Positions 1 through 9,299 of a stretch of DNA of 30,691 nt are shown one piece after another (the stretch's first letter is position 1; the number at the start of each line of letters is the position of its first letter). Source of the DNA: Tubulanus polymorphus (lineage: Eukaryota; Animalia; Nemertea); assembly GCF_964204645.1 (NCBI RefSeq), contig NW_027437489.1, positions 1 through 30,691 of the forward strand, given 5' to 3'. The notes under the pieces were generated by a model. That model had not been told where the DNA came from. It did not search any database and saw nothing but the letters and a program-made list of their open reading frames with translations. Position numbers and translations under genes: made by a program.

Positions 1-3
1 ATA

Positions 4-53
4 TTCGACACGAAAACGTCTTTTCTCGCGCTGAACGACGTTTTCGCGTCGAA
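4..53. other. Inverted repeat within each monomer (first copy shown): 17-bp arms with 1 mismatch, 16-nt spacer
   Basis: TTCGACACGAAAACGTC (4-20) pairs with GACGTTTTCGCGTCGAA (37-53). The inner 10 bp (11-20 with 37-46) are perfect; the single mismatch is 10/47. Confidence 0.9.
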
Positions 54-3000
54 AAGTGCTTTTCCTGACGATTTGAGCGCTTTTACGCATCGACATTGTC
101 GTTTTTCCGATAGGGGGAATATTCGAAAAGAAAACGTCTTTTCTCGCGCTGAACGACGTTTTCGCGTCGAAAAGTGCTTTTCCTGACGATTTGAGCGCTT
201 TTACGCATCGACATTGTCGTTTTTCCGATAGGGGGAATATTCGAAAAGAAAACGTCTTTTCTCGCGCTGAACGACGTTTTCGCGTCGAAAAGTGCTTTTC
301 CTGACGATTTGAGCGCTTTTACGCATCGACATTGTCGTTTTACCGATAGTGAGAATATTCGATACGAAAACGTCTTTTCTCGCGCTGAACGACGTTTTCG
401 GGTCGAAAAGTGCTTTTCCTGACGATTTGAGCGCTTTTACGCATCGACATTGTCGTTTTACCGATAGTGAGATTATTCGATACGAAAACGTCTTTTCTCG
501 CGCTGAACGACGTTTTCGCGTCGAAAAGTGCTTTTCCTGACGATTTGAGCGCTTTTACGCATCGGCATTGTCGTTTTTCCGATATGGGGAATATTCGATA
601 CGAAAACGTCTTTTCTCGCGCTGAACGACGTTTTCGCGTCGAAAAGTGCTTTTCCTGACGATTTGAGCGCTTTTACGCATCGGCATTGTCGTTTTTCCGA
701 TATGGGGAATATTCGATACGAAAACGTCTTTTCTCGCGCTGAACGACGTTTTCGCGTCGAAAAGTGCTTTTCCTGACGATTTGAGCGCTTTTACGCATCG
801 ACTTTGTCGTTTTTCCGATAGGGGGAATATTCGAAACGAAAACGTCTTTTCTCGCGCTGAACGACGTTTTCGCGTCGAAAAGCGCTTTTCCTGACGATTT
901 GAGCGCTTTTACGCATCGACATTGTCGTTTTACCGATAGTGAGATTATTCGATACGAAAACGTCTTTTCTCGCGCTGAACGACGTTTTCGCGTCGAAAAG
1001 CGCTTTTCCTGACGATTTGAGCGCTTTTACGCATCGGCATTGTCGTTTTTCCGATATGGGGAATATTCGATACGAAAACGTCTTTTCTCGCGCTGAACGA
1101 CGTTTTCGCGTCGAAAAGTGCTTTTCCTGACGATTTGAACGCTTTTACGCATCGACATTGTCGTTTTACCGATAGTGAGAATATTCGATACGAAAACGTC
1201 TTTTCTCGCGCTGAACGACGTTTTCGGGTCGAAAAGTGCTTTTCCTGACGATTTGAGCGCTTTTACGCATCGGCATTGTCGTTTTTCCGATATGGGGAAT
1301 ATTCGATACGAAAACGTCTTTTCTCGCGCTAAACGACGTTTTCGCGTCGAAAAGTGCTTTTCCTGACGATTTGAGCGCTTTTACGCATCGACATTGTCGT
1401 TTTACCGATAGGGAGAATATTCGACACGAAAACGTCTTTTCTCGCGCTGAACGACGTTTTCGCGTCGAAAAGCGCTTTTCCTGACGATTTGACCGCTTTT
1501 ACGCATCGGCATTGTCGTTTTTCCGATAGGGCGAATATTCGATACGAAAACGTCTTTTCTCGCGCTGAACGACGTTTTCGCGTCGAAAAGTGCTTTTCCT
1601 GACGATTTGAGCGCTTTTACGCATCGACATTGTCGTTTTACCGATAGGGAGAATATTCGACACGAAAACGTCTTTTCTCGCGCTGAACGACGTTTTCGCG
1701 TCGAAAAGCGCTTTTCCTGACGATTTGAGCGCTTTTACGCATCGACATTGTCGTTTTTCCCATAGGGGGAATATTCGATACGAAAACGTCTTTTCTCGCG
1801 CTGAACGACGTTTTCGCGTCGAAAAGTGCTTTTCCTGACGATTTGAGCGCTTTTACGCATCGACATTGTCGTTTTACCGATAGGGAGAATATTCGACACG
1901 AAAACGTCTTTTCTCGCGCTGAACGACGTTTTCGCGTCGAAAAGTGCTTTTCCTGACGATTTGAGCGCTTTTACGCATCGACATTGTCGTTTTTCCGATA
2001 GGGAGAATATTCGATACGAAAACGTCTTTTCTCGCGCTGAGCGACGTTTTCGCGTCGAAAAGTGCTTTTCCTGACGATTTGAGCGCTTTTACGCATCGAC
2101 ATTGTCGTTTTACCGATAGTGAGAATATTCGATACGAAAACGTCTTTTCTCGCGCTGGAACGACGTTTTCGCGTCGAAAAGTGCTTTTCCTGACGATTTG
2201 AGCGCTTTTACGCATCGACATTGTCGTTTTACCGATAGGGAGAATATTCGACACGAAAACGTCTTTTCTCGCGCTGAACGACGTTTTCGCGTCGAAAAGC
2301 GCTTTTCCTGACGATTTGAGCGCTTTTACGCATCGGCATTGTCGTTTTTCCGATAGGGAGAATATTCGATACGAAAACGTCTTTTCTCGCGCTGAACGAA
2401 GTTTTCGCGTCGAAAAGTGCTTTTCCTGACGATTTGAGCGCTTTTACGCATCGACATTGTCGTTTTTCTGATAGGGGGAATATTCGAAAAGAAAACGTCT
2501 TTTCTCGCGCTGCACGACGTTTTCGGGTCGAAAAGTGCTTTTCCTGACGATTTGAGCGCTTTTACGCATCGACATTGTCGTTTTACCGATAGTGAGAATA
2601 TTCGATACGAAAACGTCTTTTCTCGCGCTGAACGACGTTTTCGGGTCGAAAAGTGCTTTTCCTGACGATTTGAGCGCTTTTACGCATCGACATTGTCGTT
2701 TTACCGATAGTGAGATTATTCGATACGAAAACGTCTTTTCTCGCGCTGAACGACGTTTTCGCGTCGAAAAGTGCTTTTCCTGACGATTTGAGCGCTTTTA
2801 CGCATCGGCATTGTCGTTTTTCCGATATGGGGAATATTCGATACGAAAACGTCTTTTCTCGCGCTGAACGACGTTTTCGCGTCGAAAAGTGCTTTTCCTG
2901 ACGATTTGAACACTTTTACGCATCGACATTGTCGTTTTTCCGATAGGGGGAATATTCGAAAAGAAAACGTCTTTTCTCGCGCTGAACGACGTTTTCGCGT

Positions 3001-3187
3001 CGAAAAGTGCTTTTCCTGACGATTTGAGCGCTTTTACGCATCGACATTGTCGTTTTACCGATAGGGAGAATATTCGACACGAAAACGTCTTTTCTCGCGC
3101 TGAACGACGTTTTCGCGTCGAAAAGTGCTTTTCCTGACGATTTGAGCGCTTTTACGCATCGACATTGTCGTTTTTCCGATAGGGAGA

Positions 3188-4603
3188 ATATTCGATACGA
3201 AAACGTCTTTTCTCGCGCTGAGCGACGTTTTCGCGTCGAAAAGTGCTTTTCCTGACGATTTGAGCGCTTTTACGCATCGACATTGTCGTTTTACCGATAG
3301 GGAGAATATTCGACACGAAAACGTCTTTTCTCGCGCTGAACGACGTTTTCGCGTCGAAAAGTGCTTTTCCTGACGATTTGAGCGCTTTTACGCATCGACA
3401 TTGTCGTTTTTCCGATAGGGGGAATATTCGAAAAGAAAACGTCTTTTCTCGCGCTGAACGACGTTTTCGCGTCGAAAAGTGCTTTTCCTGACGATTTGAG
3501 CGCTTTTACGCATCGACATTGTCGTTTTTCCGATAGGGGGAATATTCGAAAAGAAAACGTCTTTTCTCGCGCTGAACGACGTTTTCGCGTCGAAAAGTGC
3601 TTTTCCTGACGATTTGAGCGCTTTTACGCATCGACATTGTCGTTTTACCGATAGTGAGAATATTCGATACGAAAACGTCTTTTCTCGCGCTGAACGACGT
3701 TTTCGGGTCGAAAAGTGCTTTTCCTGACGATTTGAGCGCTTTTACGCATCGACATTGTCGTTTTACCGATAGTGAGATTATTCGATACGAAAACGTCTTT
3801 TCTCGCGCTGAACGACGTTTTCGCGTCGAAAAGTGCTTTTCCTGACGATTTGAGCGCTTTTACGCATCGACATTGTCGTTTTTCCGATAGGGAGAATATT
3901 CGGTACGAAAACGTCTTTTCTCGCGCTGAGCGACGTTTTCGCGTCGAAAAGTGCTTTTCCTGACGATTTGAGCGCTTTTACGCATCGACATTGTCGTTTT
4001 ACCGATAGGGAGAATATTCGACACGAAAACGTCTTTTCTCGCGCTGAACGACGTTTTCGCGTCGAAAAGTGCTTTTCCTGACGATTTGAGCGCTTTTACG
4101 CATCGACATTGTCGTTTTTCCGATAGGGGGAATATTCGAAAAGAAAACGTCTTTTCTCGCGCTGAACGACGTTTTCGCGTCGAAAAGTGCTTTTCCTGAC
4201 GATTTGAGCGCTTTTACGCATCGACATTGTCGTTTTTCCGATAGGGGGAATATTCGAAAAGAAAACGTCTTTTCTCGCGCTGAACGACGTTTTCGCGTCG
4301 AAAAGTGCTTTTCCTGACGATTTGAGCGCTTTTACGCATCGACATTGTCGTTTTACCGATAGTGAGAATATTCGATACGAAAACGTCTTTTCTCGCGCTG
4401 AACGACGTTTTCGGGTCGAAAAGTGCTTTTCCTGACGATTTGAGCGCTTTTACGCATCGACATTGTCGTTTTACCGATAGTGAGATTATTCGATACGAAA
4501 ACGTCTTTTCTCGCGCTGAACGACGTTTTCGCGTCGAAAAGTGCTTTTCCTGACGATTTGAGCGCTTTTACGCATCGGCATTGTCGTTTTTCCGATATGG
4601 GGA
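3188..4603. repeat. Local higher-order repeat: 6-monomer unit (708 bp) x2
   Basis: The variant order (CTGAGCG type, GACACG, GAAAAG, GAAAAG, GTGAGAAT, GTGAGATT) occurs twice. ORF offsets 3654/4362 and 3772/4480 = 708. Confidence 0.8.
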
Positions 4604-5139
4604 ATATTCGATACGAAAACGTCTTTTCTCGCGCTGAACGACGTTTTCGCGTCGAAAAGTGCTTTTCCTGACGATTTGAGCGCTTTTACGCATCGGCATT
4701 GTCGTTTTTCCGATATGGGGAATATTCGATACGAAAACGTCTTTTCTCGCGCTGAACGACGTTTTCGCGTCGAAAAGTGCTTTTCCTGACGATTTGAGCG
4801 CTTTTACGCATCGACTTTGTCGTTTTTCCGATAGGGGGAATATTCGAAACGAAAACGTCTTTTCTCGCGCTGAACGACGTTTTCGCGTCGAAAAGCGCTT
4901 TTCCTGACGATTTGAGCGCTTTTACGCATCGACATTGTCGTTTTACCGATAGTGAGATTATTCGATACGAAAACGTCTTTTCTCGCGCTGAACGACGTTT
5001 TCGCGTCGAAAAGCGCTTTTCCTGACGATTTGAGCGCTTTTACGCATCGGCATTGTCGTTTTTCCGATATGGGGAATATTCGATACGAAAACGTCTTTTC
5101 TCGCGCTGAACGACGTTTTCGCGTCGAAAAGTGCTTTTC

Positions 5140-8100
5140 CTGACGATTTGAACGCTTTTACGCATCGACATTGTCGTTTTACCGATAGTGAGAATATTCG
5201 ATACGAAAACGTCTTTTCTCGCGCTGAACGACGTTTTCGGGTCGAAAAGTGCTTTTCCTGACGATTTGAGCGCTTTTACGCATCGGCATTGTCGTTTTTC
5301 CGATATGGGGAATATTCGATACGAAAACGTCTTTTCTCGCGCTAAACGACGTTTTCGCGTCGAAAAGTGCTTTTCCTGACGATTTGAGCGCTTTTACGCA
5401 TCGACATTGTCGTTTTACCGATAGGGAGAATATTCGACACGAAAACGTCTTTTCTCGCGCTGAACGACGTTTTCGCGTCGAAAAGCGCTTTTCCTGACGA
5501 TTTGACCGCTTTTACGCATCGGCATTGTCGTTTTTCCGATAGGGCGAATATTCGATACGAAAACGTCTTTTCTCGCGCTGAACGACGTTTTCGCGTCGAA
5601 AAGTGCTTTTCCTGACGATTTGAGCGCTTTTACGCATCGACATTGTCGTTTTACCGATAGGGAGAATATTCGACACGAAAACGTCTTTTCTCGCGCTGAA
5701 CGACGTTTTCGCGTCGAAAAGCGCTTTTCCTGACGATTTGAGCGCTTTTACGCATCGACATTGTCGTTTTTCCCATAGGGGGAATATTCGATACGAAAAC
5801 GTCTTTTCTCGCGCTGAACGACGTTTTCGCGTCGAAAAGTGCTTTTCCTGACGATTTGAGCGCTTTTACGCATCGACATTGTCGTTTTACCGATAGGGAG
5901 AATATTCGACACGAAAACGTCTTTTCTCGCGCTGAACGACGTTTTCGCGTCGAAAAGCGCTTTTCCTGACGATTTGAGCGTTTTTTTACGCATCGGCATT
6001 GTCGTTTTTCCGATAGGGAGAATATTCGATACGAAAACGTCTTTTTTCGCGCTGAACGACGTTTTCGCGTCGAAAAGTGCTTTTCCTGACGATTTGAGCG
6101 CTTTTACGCATCGACATTGTCGTTTTTCCGATAGGGGGAATATTCGAAAAGAAAACGTCTTTTCTCGCGCTGCACGACGTTTTCGGGTCGGAAAGTGCTT
6201 TTCCTGACGATTTGAGCGCTTTTACGCATCGACATTGTCGTTTTTCCGATAGGGGGAATATTCGAAAAGAAAACGTCTTTTCTCGCGCTGAACGACGTTT
6301 TCGGGTCGAAAAGTGCTTTTCCTGACGATTTGAGCGCTTTTACGCATCGACATTGTCGTTTTACCGATAGCGAGAATATTCGATACGAAAACGTCTTTTC
6401 TCGCGCTGAACGACGTTTTCGGGTCGAAAAGTGCTTTTCCTGACGATTTGAGCGCCTTTACGCATCGACATTGTCGTTTTACCGATAGTGAGAATATTCG
6501 ATACGTAAACGTCTTTTCTCGCGCTGGAACGACGTTTTCGCGTCGAAAAGTGCTTTTCCTGACGATTTGAGCGCTTTCACGCATCGACATTGTCGTTTTT
6601 CCGATAGGGGGAATATTCGAAAAGAAAACGTCTTTTCTCGCGCTGAACGACGTTTTCGCGTCGAAAAGTGCTTTTCCTGACGATTTGAGCGCTTTTACGC
6701 ATCGACATTGTCGTTTTACCGATAGGGAGAATATTCGACACGAAAACGTCTTTTCTCGCGCTGAACGACGTTTTCGCGTCGAAAAGTGCTTTTCCTGACG
6801 ATTTGAACGCTTTTACGCATCGACATTGTCGTTTTACCGATAGTGAGAATATTCGATACGAAAACGTCTTTTCTCGCGCTGAACGACGTTTTCGGGTCGA
6901 AAAGTGCTTTTCCTGACGATTTGAGCGCTTTTACGCATCGGCATTGTCGTTTTTCCGATATGGGGAATATTCGATACGAAAACGTCTTTTCTCGCGCTAA
7001 ACGACGTTTTCGCGTCGAAAAGTGCTTTTCCTGACGATTTGAGCGCTTTTACGCATCGACATTGTCGTTTTACCGATAGGGAGAATATTCGACACGAAAA
7101 CGTCTTTTCTCGCGCTGAACGACGTTTTCGCGTCGAAAAGCGCTTTTCCTGACGATTTGACCGCTTTTACGCATCGGCATTGTCGTTTTTCCGATAGGGC
7201 GAATATTCGATACGAAAACGTCTTTTCTCGCGCTGAACGACGTTTTCGCGTCGAAAAGTGCTTTTCCTGACGATTTGAGCGCTTTTACGCATCGACATTG
7301 TCGTTTTACCGATAGGGAGAATATTCGACACGAAAACGTCTTTTCTCGCGCTGAACGACGTTTTCGCGTCGAAAAGCGCTTTTCCTGACGATTTGAGCGC
7401 TTTTACGCATCGACATTGTCGTTTTTCCCATAGGGGGAATATTCGATACGAAAACGTCTTTTCTCGCGCTGAACGACGTTTTCGCGTCGAAAAGTGCTTT
7501 TCCTGACGATTTGAGCGCTTTTACGCATCGACATTGTCGTTTTACCGATAGGGAGAATATTCGACACGAAAACGTCTTTTCTCGCGCTGAACGACGTTTT
7601 CGCGTCGAAAAGCGCTTTTCCTGACGATTTGAGCGTTTTTTTACGCATCGGCATTGTCGTTTTTCCGATAGGGAGAATATTCGATACGAAAACGTCTTTT
7701 TTCGCGCTGAACGACGTTTTCGCGTCGAAAAGTGCTTTTCCTGACGATTTGAGCGCTTTTACGCATCGACATTGTCGTTTTTCCGATAGGGGGAATATTC
7801 GAAAAGAAAACGTCTTTTCTCGCGCTGCACGACGTTTTCGGGTCGGAAAGTGCTTTTCCTGACGATTTGAGCGCTTTTACGCATCGACATTGTCGTTTTT
7901 CCGATAGGGGGAATATTCGAAAAGAAAACGTCTTTTCTCGCGCTGAACGACGTTTTCGGGTCGAAAAGTGCTTTTCCTGACGATTTGAGCGCTTTTACGC
8001 ATCGACATTGTCGTTTTACCGATAGCGAGAATATTCGATACGAAAACGTCTTTTCTCGCGCTGAACGACGTTTTCGGGTCGAAAAGTGCTTTTCCTGACG

Positions 8101-8450
8101 ATTTGAGCGCCTTTACGCATCGACATTGTCGTTTTACCGATAGTGAGAATATTCGATACGTAAACGTCTTTTCTCGCGCTGGAACGACGTTTTCGCGTCG
8201 AAAAGTGCTTTTCCTGACGATTTGAGCGCTTTCACGCATCGACATTGTCGTTTTTCCGATAGGGGGAATATTCGAAAAGAAAACGTCTTTTCTCGCGCTG
8301 AACGACGTTTTCGCGTCGAAAAGTGCTTTTCCTGACGATTTGAGCGCTTTTACGCATCGACATTGTCGTTTTACCGATAGCGAGAATATTCGATACGAAA
8401 ACGTCTTTTCTCGCGCTGAACGACGTTTTCGGGTCGAAAAGTGCTTTTCC
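5140..8450. repeat. Local higher-order repeat: 14-monomer unit (1655 bp) x2
   Basis: Private variants are shared at exactly 1655 bp: GCGCCTTT 6456/8111 and GATACGTAAAC 6506/8161. ORF pairs 5188/6843, 5974/7629 and 6222/7877 agree. Boundaries are approximate. Confidence 0.92.
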
Positions 8451-8621
8451 TGACGATTTGAACGCTTTTACGCATCGACATTGTCGTTTTTCCGATAGGG
8501 GGAATATTCGAAAAGAAAACGTCTTTTCTCGCGCTGAACGACGTTTTCGCGTCGAAAAGTGCTTTTCCTGACGATTTGAGCGCTTTTACGCATCGACATT
8601 GTCGTTTTACCGATAGGGAGA

Positions 8622-9200
8622 ATATTCGACACGAAAACGTCTTTTCTCGCGCTGAACGACGTTTTCGCGTCGAAAAGTGCTTTTCCTGACGATTTGAGCG
8701 CTTTTACGCATCGGCATTGTCGTTTTTCCGATAGGGAGAATATTCGATACGAAAACGTCTTTTCTCGCGCTGAGCGACGTTTTCGCGTCGAAAAGTGCTT
8801 TTCCTGACGATTTGAGCGCTTTTACGCATCGACATTGTCGTTTTACCGATAGGGAGAATATTCGACACGAAAACGTCTTTTCTCGCGCTGAACGACGTTT
8901 TCGCGTCGAAAAGTGCTTTTCCTGACGATTTGAGCGCTTTTACGCATCGACATTGTCGTTTTTCCGATAGGGAGAATATTCGATACGAAAACGTCTTTTC
9001 TCGCGCTGAGCGACGTTTTCGCGTCGAAAAGTGCTTTTCCTGACGATTTGAGCGCTTTTACGCATCGACATTGTCGTTTTACCGATAGGGAGAATATTCG
9101 ACACGAAAACGTCTTTTCTCGCGCTGAACGACGTTTTCGCGTCGAAAAGTGCTTTTCCTGACGATTTGAGCGCTTTTACGCATCGACATTGTCGTTTTCC
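8622..9200. repeat. Short dimeric (236-bp) alternation of two monomer types
   Basis: GACACG-type monomers (8622, 8858, 9094) alternate with GATACG/CTGAGCG-type monomers (8740, 8976). Confidence 0.7.
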
Positions 9201-9299
9201 GATAGGGGGAATATTCGAAAAGAAAACGTCTTTTCTCGCGCTGAACGACGTTTTCGCGTCGAAAAGTGCTTTTCCTGACGATTTGAGCGCTTTTACGCA

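Larger units (their letters stand above)
1..5975. repeat. Dispersed duplication of a ~17-monomer block (~1-1965 and ~4014-5975), offset 4013 bp = 34 monomers +1
   Basis: Both copies have the same order of monomer variants. ORF pairs 349/4362, 467/4480, 939/4952 and 1175/5188, and the marker GCTAAAC at 1331/5344, all differ by 4013. Confidence 0.9.

Noticed and set aside
4-64. Bacterial elements (intrinsic terminators, REP/BIME, attC cassettes, iterons)
   Set aside because: Hairpins and T-runs exist, but there are no genes, cassettes, integrase or rep gene. A 30-kb pure array fits eukaryotic satellite far better.
113-117. G-quadruplex or telomeric repeat
   Set aside because: There are only one or two G-runs per 118 bp, too far apart for an intramolecular G4, and no short telomeric motif.
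1-118. CENP-B box
   Set aside because: Several TTCG words are present, but none fits NTTCGNNNNANNCGGGN on either strand by manual check.
1-118. 5S rRNA (~120 nt) or tRNA tandem array
   Set aside because: Only the length is similar. There are no 5S conserved motifs, Pol III boxes, cloverleaf or spacer, and internal TTTT runs would terminate Pol III.
1-118. Identity with the ~118-bp cereal satellite pSc119.2 or another named satellite
   Set aside because: The monomer length is similar, but I recognise no sequence similarity. Naming a family needs a database search.
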